64,000 nucleotides of DNA. It comes from Acidobacteriota bacterium. Lineage in GTDB: Bacteria > Acidobacteriota > Thermoanaerobaculia > Gp7-AA8. Each line of letters begins with the position of its first letter. Position 1 is the stretch's first letter. Below the pieces are notes generated by a model that was not told the origin of the DNA, did no database searches, and worked only from the letters and a program-made list of their open reading frames with translations. Positions 9,128 to 18,597 of this stretch are shown here, piece by piece. The DNA lies in NCBI GenBank assembly GCA_019244185.1, contig JAFATB010000025.1:192001-256000 (forward strand), in the 5' to 3' direction. A program made the translations under genes and the position numbers.

Positions 9128-11487
9128 GTGCGCACCGCAACCTTCACCGCGTCGGCGAGGTTCAGCGCCTCGAGGTAGCCATCGAATGCCGCGTTGCCGC
9201 GCAGACGAATCGTCTTCGCGCGGCCGGGCGCGACGTGCACATAGTCGTCGTCCATGGCGAAGCCGCGCGCGTCGATATGCGCGGCGTGGAGAAAGCGATC
9301 GCTCTGCAGCGTGACGAGCCAGTCGTCGCCGTCGCGTGCCGCTTCGGTGATGACGTTCGCGTTCGTCGCGTGCAGCGTTGGTGGCTGGGGAAAGTGAAAC
9401 GCCTCCGCGATCGCGATGTCGTCGACGAGCAGCGTGGCGATGGTGACGTCGTGCTGCGGCGCGCCGAAGCGATACGCGTAGCTCGTGTCGTGGAAGCCGC
9501 CGAGGAGCGCTTCGGCGGAGAACGACTGCGCGCTGCGAGGCGGGAGCGTGATGGGCGTCGACGCGCGTGCGACGACGACGTGGCCGTCGCGCAGCAGCGT
9601 GAGCTCGAGCGTCGCGTCGAGCGGCTCGGACGTTTCGTTGAGCGCGTGCGCGTAGATGCCGTTGAGACCTTCATCCGTCAGCACGATCGTGCGCGGCTGC
9701 CAGACGCGGCGCAGCGCGTAGTAGCACGCCTTCGGCGCGCCGCGGCTGTCGAGGATGCCCCAGCCGGCACCGGGCCAGAGATCGCGGAGGAACCACACGA
9801 GCGCGCCGCGGCACGTGCTGCCCGCGCGGCGCCATTCGGAGTACACCTGCGCCATCACCTCGCCGGTGACGACACGGCTCAGCGCGAGGTAGCGCGGCGC
9901 GTCGGCGTAGCGCAGCGCGTGCGGATCGACGCAGTAGTGCGCGCGCAGGTAGTGATCGCGCACGTCTTCGAAGTCCCAACCCGCGCCGCTGTCGCGCGGC
10001 GTGCGGCGTTTCCAGCGCGCGTCGAGCGGCGCGGGCGTCTCGCCGCCGAAGATTGCATCGACGACGTCACGCTCGGGAACGTTCGCGAAGCCGAGGCATT
10101 CCGGCGTGAAGCGCACGTCCGCGAGACGCACGTCGGACAAAGGCCGCAGGTATGCGCCGACGCCGTAGTAGTGCGCGAGTCCCGTGTTCGTCTGGAACGG
10201 CAGCACGCCTTCGCTGGGCGTCGACGGCACGTACACGGAGTCGTCGTGCAGTTCGGCGCAAAGCGCCGGCAGGACGTCGCCGAACAAGCGATTGCGCCAC
10301 GACTCGCGCGGCATGCCGAGCATCGCCGCCTGCTGTTCGACCTCGCTGTTGCCGCACCAGACGACGACCGACGGATGCGCGCGCAGACGGCGCAACTGCT
10401 GCGCGGCTTCGTCGCGGACGTTGGCGACGAACGTTTCGTCGTCCGCCGGATAGTCGAGATTCGCGAACGCGAAGTCCTGCCAGACGAGGATCCCGAGCTC
10501 GTCGCAGAGCGCGTAGAAAACGTCGTCCTCGTACGGCATCGTGCCGCCGACGCGGATCATGTTCGCGCCGGCGTCGCGCATCAGCGTCAGCGTCCGCGCG
10601 TAGTCGTCGCGCGTCGCGTTGAGCGACACGACATCGAGCGGCGTCCAGCACGCGCCGCGGCAGAAGAGCGGCTCGCCGTTGATGCGCAGGCCGAAGTCGC
10701 CGTCGCGTTCGACGCCGCGAAACCCCACGCTGCCGCAGTCGATCGTGCGGCCGTCGCGCAGCTCGAGGCGGCACGCGTAGAGCGCGGGCTCGCCGTGCGT
10801 GTGCGGCCACCAGAGGCGCGGCGCATCGATGCGCAGTGTCGCCGTGACGCGCTCACCGTCGACGTGCAGTTCCGCGCGCGCATCGCCGGCGACGAACGTC
10901 CCGCGCGCGTCGCCGGCGATCGAACACGACAGCGCGATCGTGCCGTCGACGCTCGTGCGCAGCTCGAGATCCCAGACGTCCGTCACTTCGATTGCGCGCC
11001 ACGGACCGACCGCGGGCACGGGCGGCGTCCAGCCGGGGATGCGTCCCATGAGCGTCGTGCGAACCCAGCGCAGTTGCTGCTGGCGCACGAGCTTCGTCTT
11101 CCAGCGCGGGCGCGGGCGCTTTTTCGCGAGCGCCGCGTTCAGCGAGCGGAAGCAGATCGCGAGCTCGTGCGGCGCGCGTTCGCGCTCGCGCAGATCGACG
11201 CGATGCCGCACGAACATGTTCTCCGACTGCACGACGCGCTCGCCGTCGAGCCACACCTCCGCGAGCGTCGCCAGGCCGTGCAGCACGAGCACCGCGCCGG
11301 CGTCGTCGAACGTCGTCCGATACCACCAGTCGCGGTCGTCGGGATCGAACGGCGGCTCGTAGCCGGTGTCGAGCGCTTGCGCGACCGTGCCGGGGACGCG
11401 CGCGTCGCGCCAGTCCAGCGAGAGCGCGTCGAGTTGTCGCGGATCGCACGCCGCGTTCGGCTCGGCCGGCGCCAGCGACCACCGCAT
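9124..11487 (-). CDS. GH2 beta-mannosidase-like glycoside hydrolase
   Basis: LWWPHTHGEP, ANMIRVGG, CDELGILVWQDFAFA, HPSVVVWCGNSE. Confidence 0.9.
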   Translation of the reverse strand: MRWSLAPAEPNAACDPRQLDALSLDWRDARVPGTVAQALDTGYEPPFDPDDRDWWYRTTFDDAGAVLVLHGLATLAEVWLDGERVVQSENMFVRHRVDLRERERAPHELAICFRSLNAALAKKRPRPRWKTKLVRQQQLRWVRTTLMGRIPGWTPPVPAVGPWRAIEVTDVWDLELRTSVDGTIALSCSIAGDARGTFVAGDARAELHVDGERVTATLRIDAPRLWWPHTHGEPALYACRLELRDGRTIDCGSVGFRGVERDGDFGLRINGEPLFCRGACWTPLDVVSLNATRDDYARTLTLMRDAGANMIRVGGTMPYEDDVFYALCDELGILVWQDFAFANLDYPADDETFVANVRDEAAQQLRRLRAHPSVVVWCGNSEVEQQAAMLGMPRESWRNRLFGDVLPALCAELHDDSVYVPSTPSEGVLPFQTNTGLAHYYGVGAYLRPLSDVRLADVRFTPECLGFANVPERDVVDAIFGGETPAPLDARWKRRTPRDSGAGWDFEDVRDHYLRAHYCVDPHALRYADAPRYLALSRVVTGEVMAQVYSEWRRAGSTCRGALVWFLRDLWPGAGWGILDSRGAPKACYYALRRVWQPRTIVLTDEGLNGIYAHALNETSEPLDATLELTLLRDGHVVVARASTPITLPPRSAQSFSAEALLGGFHDTSYAYRFGAPQHDVTIATLLVDDIAIAEAFHFPQPPTLHATNANVITEAARDGDDWLVTLQSDRFLHAAHIDARGFAMDDDYVHVAPGRAKTIRLRGNAAFDGYLEALNLADAVKVAVRT

Positions 11488-12450
11488 TTACGCGAACCTC
11501 GATCGCAGCGCGCCGATCCCCTGCTCCCACCGCTCGCCCATCGCATCGAGCGGCGCGAGCTCGAGCGGCTTGCGCCGCGCCATCGCCCGCGCGAGCTGGA
11601 ACTGAAACGTCTTGGCCGACTCCGCGATGTCGAGAAACGCGCGCGTCGCCTCATCGAGCTCCGCCTCGCCGTTCGCGGCGAGCCACTGCAGGTACGTCGC
11701 GGAGAGCTCGAAGCACGCGCCGTACTGCCGCAGCGTCGCGAACGAGTACGCGTGAAACGTGTCGAGGCTCTCGTCGAGCAGATGTTCCAGATCGCGTTCG
11801 AAGCGCGCGCGGAACGCCGCGAACGGATTCGCGCGCGGCACGAGGCGCAGGTGTTTGCGCAACAACGCCCGCGACGTTGCGACGAGGTCGCGTTCCGGCC
11901 GCTCGCGCACTTTCACGAACTCCGCGTATGGCGGCAGCACCACGTCGTCGCGCGGGCGGTCGAGGCGCAGCACGTTGACGAAGTCGTCGCCTTCGAGCCG
12001 GTAGTAGCCCTGATTGTGAAAGTAGCCGAGGATGCGCTGCGCGACGTCGATCTCCATCACCGCGACCGTCGACTTCACGTGCGCGGTGCGGTACGCGGTG
12101 CCGGCGGTGTCGGGGAGATGAAAGGAGTCGAGCTCGATGAGCACGGGACGTCCGCGTCCGACCTGCTCCTCGAGGTGCGCGACCGCGGGACGCCACAGCG
12201 CGAGCTCCTGCACGTCGAGTCCGTAGAGCTCGTAGAGATCGAGCAGCGGGAACTTGAAGAACGTCCACTGATCGCCTTCGAAGTCGATGGCGAACGTAAA
12301 CGGCAGCGCCGCGATCGGCTCGTGTCCGAGCGCGTGCAGCAATTCGATCCAAACGTCGACGTAGCAGTTCGTCTCCGCCCAGATGCGATCGCCGCCGTGA
12401 ATGGCGTGGCGCTGGTACGTCGCCGGATCGAGCGGCAGGACCTGCTTCAT
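11488..12450 (-). CDS. DUF1839 family protein
   Basis: WAETNCYVDVWIE, DFEGDQWTFFK, DSFHLPDT, YFHNQGY, FATLRQYGA; typical neighbour of aa:CP ligases. Confidence 0.85.
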   Translation of the reverse strand: MKQVLPLDPATYQRHAIHGGDRIWAETNCYVDVWIELLHALGHEPIAALPFTFAIDFEGDQWTFFKFPLLDLYELYGLDVQELALWRPAVAHLEEQVGRGRPVLIELDSFHLPDTAGTAYRTAHVKSTVAVMEIDVAQRILGYFHNQGYYRLEGDDFVNVLRLDRPRDDVVLPPYAEFVKVRERPERDLVATSRALLRKHLRLVPRANPFAAFRARFERDLEHLLDESLDTFHAYSFATLRQYGACFELSATYLQWLAANGEAELDEATRAFLDIAESAKTFQFQLARAMARRKPLELAPLDAMGERWEQGIGALRSRFA

Positions 12451-13367
12451 AGCTCCAGCACCGCGCGCACCGGCGCCGGCCAGCGCGCCGGCTCGAAGCC
12501 GTGCCGCGCGAAGAGCGCCAGCGCGATGCGCTCGAGGCCGAAGCCGATGCAGGCCGTATGCGCGACCTCGCCGTCCGCGGTGCGGATGTCGAAGGCGCCG
12601 CCGAAGTGATCGAGGTGGTAGTTGCAGGAGACGATCGCGGTCGGCTTGTCGGGATTGGCGACGGTGGCGACGAGCTCGTACTTGAGCGTCTGCTCGCGCT
12701 GCGTCGCGGCCATCACCCGTCCGCCGCGGCCGAAAAACGGATCGTTCGCGACGACCGGCTTCGCGTCGAGGCCGACCGCGTGCAGCATCTCCTCGCCGCG
12801 CGTGAGCCAGAAGTTGCGGTGCGCGAGCGCCTCGTCCGGCGTGCCGAGGCGGACGTACTCGCGCTGTCGGAAACACTGCATGCGCGCGGGATCGTCGGAG
12901 GGTTCGTGCCGGAAGACGAACGACCGCAGATCGACGGTGCGCCCGCCCGGCGGCAACGTGCCGGTCGCCGTCGGGTAGAGCGGATAGCACGCGGCGGGGA
13001 TGAGCACCGTTTCCGCCGCCCGTAACTCTTTGCTCCAATCCTCCCCTGCTTCTTTCCGCCGGGCCAGCTCCATGGCGTGCCGTTCATCCCCCAAAAACGA
13101 ATGCACGGAGCCGAGGAGGTTCGGGAACGTCTCGAGGTGATCGGTCTTGCCGTACGTGTCGCGGCTGAGCAGCGGCGGGAAGCGCATGACTTCCGGCGAC
13201 AGATGCGCGCCCATGCGCGTGACGTATGCCTCGAAGTGTTCGACGACGCCTTCGAAGACGCCGCCCAACCCGTAGAGGCCGCGCACGCCGGAGGGAATCA
13301 GCAGCCGCGCGTCGATGAGGGCCGAGAGATAGCGCTGGTACACGTCGTCGAGCGCATCGGCCGCCAT
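12447..13367 (-). CDS. Amino acid--[acyl-carrier-protein] ligase (stand-alone seryl-tRNA-synthetase-like catalytic domain)
   Basis: PAACYPLY, FRHEPS, RMQCFRQREYV, ANDPFFGRGG, CNYH, HTACIGFGLER; no tRNA-binding domain. Confidence 0.92.
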   Translation of the reverse strand: MAADALDDVYQRYLSALIDARLLIPSGVRGLYGLGGVFEGVVEHFEAYVTRMGAHLSPEVMRFPPLLSRDTYGKTDHLETFPNLLGSVHSFLGDERHAMELARRKEAGEDWSKELRAAETVLIPAACYPLYPTATGTLPPGGRTVDLRSFVFRHEPSDDPARMQCFRQREYVRLGTPDEALAHRNFWLTRGEEMLHAVGLDAKPVVANDPFFGRGGRVMAATQREQTLKYELVATVANPDKPTAIVSCNYHLDHFGGAFDIRTADGEVAHTACIGFGLERIALALFARHGFEPARWPAPVRAVLEL

Positions 13368-13369
13368 CG

Positions 13370-14560
13370 TCAGGCCTCCTTCAGCGCCAGCAGCATCGTC
13401 GCGTTGTGCGCGAGGATGCGGTCGTTGTTCACCATCAGCGCCGCGCCGTACGCGTCGCGCAGGTGCCGGCCGAGGGTGAACTTCGAGTCGTTGCGGTAGC
13501 CGTGCAGGCCGCAGATCAGCATCGCCTTGCCGACGATGTCGACGACGAGCTGCGACGACGAGAGCTTGAGGTTGTTGATGCGCGTGGCGAAGCCGAAGCT
13601 CTTGAAGGCGTCGGCGTCGTCCGCCTCCAGCAGCCGCGCGTATTCGGCGACCGCGCTCTGCACGTTGTTGCGCATGCCGTTGAGCACGATGTCGACTTCG
13701 CCGAGGCGCAGACTCGACATCGGCGGCAGCTGCGGGTTCTTGCGAGCTTCTCCGCGGACGAACGCGCGCGCGCGGCCCACCGCATCCGCGGCGATGCCGA
13801 GCCACAGCGACGACCAGACGATGTGCGAGACGGGATGCATGGTCTGGCTGAGAATCGCGTCGAACGGCGTCGGGATGATCTGCTCGGCCGCGCCTTCGGA
13901 GCTGAGCGTGTAGCCGGAGCTGCACGTGCCGCGGAAGCCGAGCGTGTCCCACGCCGAGAGCGCCTCGAGCTGCGTTTCGCCGCGACGCACGAGCACGTGG
14001 ACTTGATCGCTGGATGCGGCGTCCGGCGTGCGGCGGCTGGTCACGAGAATCGCATCCGCTTGTTCGCCGTACGAAATGACCGGCGCTTTCTTGACGAGGC
14101 GGAAGCGGTCGCCGTCGACTTCGATCGCGCAGATGCTCGAGCGCAGATCGCCGCCGACGCCGAGCTCGGTCGTCGCGGACGCGATGAGCAGCTGCTGATC
14201 GACGAGCTCGCGCAGGTAATGTTCGAAGAAGCGCGAGCCGCGCGCGTGATGCACGATGCACGCGACCTGAATCTGGTGCATCGCGAAGATCATCGCCGTC
14301 GACGCGCAGTAGTGCCCGAGCGCCTCGCACACCTTGCTGATGTCCGCGATCGACAGTCCGAGTCCGCCATACGCCTCGGGCACATACGCGCTGAGCAGTT
14401 GCAGCTCGCGCAACGCGGCGATCGATTCGTGCGGAAACCGCGCGGCGTCGTCCACCGCGTCCGCCGCCGGCGCGATGACTTCCCTTCCGACCCGATGCAC
14501 CTCGGACAGCAGCGCGCCGAACTCGGGGGCCACAGCCGTGCGCGGCCGCAAGCTCGCCAT
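13370..14560 (-). CDS. Acyl-CoA/acyl-ACP dehydrogenase family protein
   Basis: VPEAYGGLG, ASATTE, WDTLGFRGTCS, RHLRDA. Confidence 0.9.
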   Translation of the reverse strand: MASLRPRTAVAPEFGALLSEVHRVGREVIAPAADAVDDAARFPHESIAALRELQLLSAYVPEAYGGLGLSIADISKVCEALGHYCASTAMIFAMHQIQVACIVHHARGSRFFEHYLRELVDQQLLIASATTELGVGGDLRSSICAIEVDGDRFRLVKKAPVISYGEQADAILVTSRRTPDAASSDQVHVLVRRGETQLEALSAWDTLGFRGTCSSGYTLSSEGAAEQIIPTPFDAILSQTMHPVSHIVWSSLWLGIAADAVGRARAFVRGEARKNPQLPPMSSLRLGEVDIVLNGMRNNVQSAVAEYARLLEADDADAFKSFGFATRINNLKLSSSQLVVDIVGKAMLICGLHGYRNDSKFTLGRHLRDAYGAALMVNNDRILAHNATMLLALKEA

Positions 14561-14562
14561 CG

Positions 14563-14817
14563 TCAGACCAGCACGGGCTTCGCGGCGAGCTGTTCGACCG
14601 CGGCGGCGAGCGATGCGATGCTGCCGAACGTGCGGCGGCTGAGCATGTTGTCGGGAAACTCGATGTCGAACCCGTCCTCCAGCGCCAGCATCAATCCGAC
14701 CGTCGCCAGCGACGTGAGCCCCGCCTGATACAGATCGCTGTCATCGGCCAGCTCCGCCACCGGCACGGAGAGACGACCGTGCTGCGAGACGATCTCGCGA
14801 ACTCTCTCGGCGTACAT
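14563..14817 (-). CDS. Acyl/aminoacyl carrier protein
   Basis: 84 aa acidic; DLYQAGLTSL phosphopantetheine Ser motif; LEDGFDIEFP; GGAGG RBS. Confidence 0.92.
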   Translation of the reverse strand: MYAERVREIVSQHGRLSVPVAELADDSDLYQAGLTSLATVGLMLALEDGFDIEFPDNMLSRRTFGSIASLAAAVEQLAAKPVLV

Positions 14818-14869
14818 CCCACCTCCCTCTCAAGAATGCGAACGTACTGCGCTTTGGAAAGGAGGCGAG

Positions 14870-14885
14870 GGCAAGAGTTGTGCCG
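14870..14885 (-). promoter_or_regulatory. Putative sigma54 -24/-12 promoter (ACP operon)
   Basis: Minus strand CGGCACAACTCTTGCC, close to the TGGCAC-N5-TTGC consensus. Confidence 0.7.
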
Positions 14886-14900
14886 GGGAGATTGAAAAGC

Positions 14901-15014
14901 GAATGAAGAATGCAGAACGCAGAATGAAGAATGAAGAATTGTGGTGGGCCGCCGTTCGGCGGCCACGTCTCCCTCTTTCTTCATTCTGCGTTCTGCGTTC
15001 TGCGTTCTTCATTC
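14901..15014. repeat. Heptamer-armed hairpin element, copy 1
   Basis: Left arm (GAATGAA/GAATGCA/GAACGCA)x5, GC core GGCCGCCG-tt-CGGCGGCC, complementary right arm. Confidence 0.9.
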
Positions 15015-16522
15015 ATCTTTTCTACCGCCCACCGCCCTCTCCCCGCGCGCTTCGCCTCGTACAGCGCCGCGTCCGCGCGCTGCTGCAGCGTTGCCGGCGT
15101 GTCGCCTTCGCGCGCGCAGGCGATGCCGCACGAGGCGCCGAGCATCCGCGTCGCGCCGCTGTAGCGGAAGGGAGTCGTCGCGAGACGGTCGTAGACCGAG
15201 GCGATGACCTGCTCCGCTTCGGCGAGGCTCGCGCGCGGGAAGAAGACGCCGAACTCGTCGCCGCCGAGGCGCGCGAAGATATCGGCGGGGCGCAGCTCTT
15301 TCTGGACGAGGCGGACGAACGTGCGCAGCGCGGCGTCGCCGGCGGCGTGTCCGAGCTCGTCGTTGATCGGCTTGAAGTAATCGAGGTCGAGCAGCGCGAG
15401 CGTGCCGCCGTCACCGATGCATTCGGCGAGCAGCTCGTCGAAACGGCGGCGGTTGACGATGCCGGTGAGCGCGTCGTGCGTGGCGAGCCGGCGCAGCTCT
15501 TCTTCGTCCGCGACGTCGTGCAGCGTGAGGATCGTCGACGTCTCGGCCTCGCCTGCAAAGCGGAACGGCACGCCGCTCGCGTCGTAGGGACGTTGCTTCA
15601 GCTCGACGCGCCGCGCCTCGAAGCGTTCCGAGCCGCGCCACCAGTCGCCGAGGAGCGGCGTGACGTCGGCGCCGAAATAGAGCTCGCCGAAGAGCTCCTC
15701 GGCGGCGCGGTTCGCGTAGAGCAGCTTCTGTTGCGCGCTGAGGATCAGCACCGCGTCCGGCACCGCATCGAATGCGGCTTTGAGGTAATGCTGCTCGGTG
15801 ACGTCCTCGAGGATGAGATACGCGTACGACGTCTCCTCGTGCTCGACCGTGTAGCAGCGCACGTTGGCCATGCGCGCGGCGCCGTCGACGTAGTGGACGG
15901 AGTACCACGCGGTGCCCGCGCCGCGCGCGACGAGCTGGTCGATGCGCTCCGGCTGCGAGAACTCGATGAGGCTGAAGAGATTCCGGTCGGTGGCGTAGTC
16001 GCTGCCGGTGACGAACTGCCGGCGGAACGCGTCGCTGCCGTCGACGATCTGCCGCGTCGTGCGGTCGACGAGCACGGACGGCAGCGGCGACGCGCGCAGG
16101 ACGTTCTGGAAGAGATTCTCCGCGTGCCGTTTCGCGCGGCGGTCCTGCGCCTGCTGCAACTCGCGCTCGACCGCGACGGCCAGGCGCGTCAGGCGATGCT
16201 TGAGAAGGTAATCGTGCGCGCCGCCTTTCATCAGCTCGACCGCGGTCTCCTCGCCGATCGCGCCGGAGACGACGAGGAACGGCAGGTCGAGGCGGTGCAT
16301 GCGATAGACGTCGAGCGCTTCCGGCGCGCTGAAGCGGGGCAGGTGATAGTCGCTGATGATCGCGTCCCACGCGGTGCCGTCGAGGAGCGCCGTCTCGAAG
16401 TCGTCGCGCGTCTCGACGCGCGTGACGTTCGGATCGAAGCCGCCGCGGCGCAGCTCGAGCGTGAGATGCGCGGCGTCGAGATCGGAGTCCTCGATGAGCA
16501 GCAGGCGCAGCGGCTTGGTCAT
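14981..16522 (-). CDS. Response-regulator diguanylate cyclase (REC-PAS-PAS-GGDEF)
   Basis: LLIEDS...IISDY; HDALTG, DLDYFKPIND, ARLGGDEFG with an RPAD I-site-like motif; last 11 aa come from the repeat element. Confidence 0.93.
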   Translation of the reverse strand: MTKPLRLLLIEDSDLDAAHLTLELRRGGFDPNVTRVETRDDFETALLDGTAWDAIISDYHLPRFSAPEALDVYRMHRLDLPFLVVSGAIGEETAVELMKGGAHDYLLKHRLTRLAVAVERELQQAQDRRAKRHAENLFQNVLRASPLPSVLVDRTTRQIVDGSDAFRRQFVTGSDYATDRNLFSLIEFSQPERIDQLVARGAGTAWYSVHYVDGAARMANVRCYTVEHEETSYAYLILEDVTEQHYLKAAFDAVPDAVLILSAQQKLLYANRAAEELFGELYFGADVTPLLGDWWRGSERFEARRVELKQRPYDASGVPFRFAGEAETSTILTLHDVADEEELRRLATHDALTGIVNRRRFDELLAECIGDGGTLALLDLDYFKPINDELGHAAGDAALRTFVRLVQKELRPADIFARLGGDEFGVFFPRASLAEAEQVIASVYDRLATTPFRYSGATRMLGASCGIACAREGDTPATLQQRADAALYEAKRAGRGRWAVEKMNEERRTQNAE

Positions 16523-17862
16523 GCAGCCGCGACGTCACCCGTGGTGAAAAACACCGTCGCTCCCTTCTCCACCTCGCCCTCCGCCCACGCCCGCCCGCCG
16601 TGGCGCTCGACGATCTTCTGCACCGTCGCCAGGCCGATGCCGGTGCCCTCGAACTCGCGCGCCGAATGCAGCCGCTGGAACGGGCGGAACATCTTCGCGG
16701 CGTGCGACGGATCGAAGCCCGCGCCGTTGTCGCGCACGTAGTACGCGCCGCCGGCGACGCCGAACTCGATGTGCGCCTCGTCGCGGTTACGCGTGAACTT
16801 CCACGCGTTGGCCATCAGGTTCTCGATGACCGCGCGCAGCAGGCGCTCGTCGCCGACGGCGCGCACGCTGTCGCGGATGTCGAACGTCACCGCGCGCGCG
16901 GGATTCGACTGCCGCAGCGAGTCGGCCACGCTCTGCGCGATGCGGCTGAGGTCCACCGGTTGCCGCTGCACGTCGAGCCGCGCGATGCGCGACATCTGCA
17001 GCAGCCCGTCGATGAGATCGCGCATCTGCCGGCAGCCCTCGCGGATCCAGCCGAGGTATTCGCGCGCGGTGTCGTCGAAGAGCTGCTTGTAGTCCATCTC
17101 CAGCGCCTGCGTGAAGCCGTCGATGGAGCCGAGCGGCGCGCGGAGATCGTGCGAGACGGAGAACGCGAACGCCTCGAGGTCTTTGTTCGCGGCTTCGAGC
17201 TCGATGGTGCGGCGGCGCAGCGTGAGCTCGCGCTCGTGCATCTGCGCGAGCAGGTCGTTGATCGCGCGCGAGAGACGTCCCAGTCCGTCGGGAACGTGCA
17301 GCGAGTACGACTGCTCGTGCGCCGCGCGATCGAGGACGTCGGCGGTCTGCGCGAGCGGCCTCGCCGCGGCGCGCGCGACGAGCTTGCCCGTCAGCACGCC
17401 GGCGAGCAGCGCGCCCAGCGCGGCGATGCCGAGAAGAAGGAGCGAGCGCGCGACCGCGGGCGCGAGCACGTCGGGCGTCGACTCGAGACAGAGCGTCGCC
17501 GGTCCGCCGCCGAACACGACCCCGCTGCAGGCCACCTGCGTCGGGAAGAGGCGCTGCGTGAGCGCGCGGAAGCGCGCCTCGTGCGGCGGGCGCTGGTAGT
17601 CGGCCACGCGCTCGCCGGTGGCTCGGTAGAGCTTCGCGGAGTCGACGACCGGCACCGCGTCGAGCGACGCGAGGAGCGGCGCGGGGTCGGAGCTCGTCGC
17701 GACGGCGGCGGAGACGATCGACGTCGCCGAGGCGAGGTCGCGTTTCGCCGACTGCTTCGCCTCGCCGATGACGAGCAGCGCTGCCGCCACGCCCGCGCCG
17801 AGAGCGATCGTCAGCGCGAGCGCGGCCATCGCGAGCGGAGCGAGTTTGTCGACGGAACGCAT
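16519..17862 (-). CDS. Membrane sensor histidine kinase
   Basis: Two TM segments; VSHDLRAP, ENLMANAWKF, DNGAGF, FQRLH, GTGIGL; ATGA overlap with the DGC gene. Confidence 0.93.
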   Translation of the reverse strand: MRSVDKLAPLAMAALALTIALGAGVAAALLVIGEAKQSAKRDLASATSIVSAAVATSSDPAPLLASLDAVPVVDSAKLYRATGERVADYQRPPHEARFRALTQRLFPTQVACSGVVFGGGPATLCLESTPDVLAPAVARSLLLLGIAALGALLAGVLTGKLVARAAARPLAQTADVLDRAAHEQSYSLHVPDGLGRLSRAINDLLAQMHERELTLRRRTIELEAANKDLEAFAFSVSHDLRAPLGSIDGFTQALEMDYKQLFDDTAREYLGWIREGCRQMRDLIDGLLQMSRIARLDVQRQPVDLSRIAQSVADSLRQSNPARAVTFDIRDSVRAVGDERLLRAVIENLMANAWKFTRNRDEAHIEFGVAGGAYYVRDNGAGFDPSHAAKMFRPFQRLHSAREFEGTGIGLATVQKIVERHGGRAWAEGEVEKGATVFFTTGDVAAA

Positions 17863-17900
17863 GATCGCGGGCGCATGACGCGCGTTTTTCGAGCGTCGCG

Positions 17901-17916
17901 TGCAAGAACTTCGCCG
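17901..17916 (-). promoter_or_regulatory. Putative sigma54 -24/-12 promoter (kinase-DGC operon)
   Basis: Minus strand CGGCGAAGTTCTTGCA (GG-N10-GC), lying inside a 12-bp inverted repeat (17863-17874 / 17924-17935). Confidence 0.55.
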
Positions 17917-17941
17917 CGCACGCGCGCCCGCGATCGTGACC

Positions 17942-18490
17942 CTACGCCGTCGCCGTGACCGTCGCGCCGGGCGACGGGCTGCGCCTCCGCAGAATCGCCG
18001 CCGAGACGAGCGTGATCACGAGCCCCACCGGGAACGGCTCGATGAACACCGCCGCCGCGTTCGTGACCGGGTTGTCGAGCGTGGCTTTCATCCGCGCCAT
18101 CTCGGCGCGCTTCGCCGCGATCTGCGCTTCGGTCGCGCCCGCGCGCTGCATGTCCTTCACCTGGCTCGCGGTGTAGCGCTCCACGAAGTCGGGCATGAAG
18201 TTGAAGTAGATCACCTCCCACGTCGCGACGTAGAAGACGCACGAGATGAGCGTGATCAGGATGCCCACCGCGAACCCTCGGCCGAACGTGATCGTGCCGC
18301 CGTGGTTGTCGCGATACGTGCGGATGCCGAAGAACACCAGCAGCAGCGACAGCACGATGGCCGTGTAGCCGATGACCAGCCCCGTGTCGTTGTTGATGAT
18401 GTCTTTGTGGGCAAGCGGCATGGTGATGCACATCAGGCCGGACGAGATGACGCCGGAGATCAGGCCGAAGATCAGGACGATGCGTTTCAT
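17942..18490 (-). CDS. DUF4199 family membrane protein
   Basis: MKRIVLIFGLISG, GIRTYRDNHGGTITFGRGF, FMPDF; four TM segments; downstream of a TM-LuxR gene. Confidence 0.85.
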   Translation of the reverse strand: MKRIVLIFGLISGVISSGLMCITMPLAHKDIINNDTGLVIGYTAIVLSLLLVFFGIRTYRDNHGGTITFGRGFAVGILITLISCVFYVATWEVIYFNFMPDFVERYTASQVKDMQRAGATEAQIAAKRAEMARMKATLDNPVTNAAAVFIEPFPVGLVITLVSAAILRRRSPSPGATVTATA

Positions 18491-18547
18491 CGGTTTCGTT
18501 TCCTCGCTTTCGGCGCCCATCGTGAGGGCGCGGGCCGCTCGTTGTCG

Positions 18548-18585
18548 TCACCCGTTCGGGTGATTTCGGGTCAACCAACGGGTGA
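18548..18585. promoter_or_regulatory. Tandem palindromic operator upstream of the DUF4199 gene
   Basis: TCACCCG-tt-CGGGTGA (18548-18563) plus degenerate copy TCAACCAACGGGTGA about 22 bp away. Confidence 0.6.
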
Positions 18586-18597
18586 TTCGCACTCGAT

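Noticed and set aside
9235-12609. 1124-aa plus-strand ORF, and similarly 41914-45621 and 61923-63890
   Set aside because: Stop-free antisense frames typical of high-GC genes; no motifs, and each lies opposite well-supported genes.
12447-13367. Seryl-tRNA synthetase (serS)
   Set aside because: Too short (306 aa), lacks the tRNA-binding domain, and sits in an operon with an ACP, so it is an aa:CP ligase.
14901-15014. Heptamer repeats as a CRISPR array or simple intrinsic terminators
   Set aside because: No unique spacers, no cas genes and no U-tract; copies also occur in 5' coding and divergent positions.
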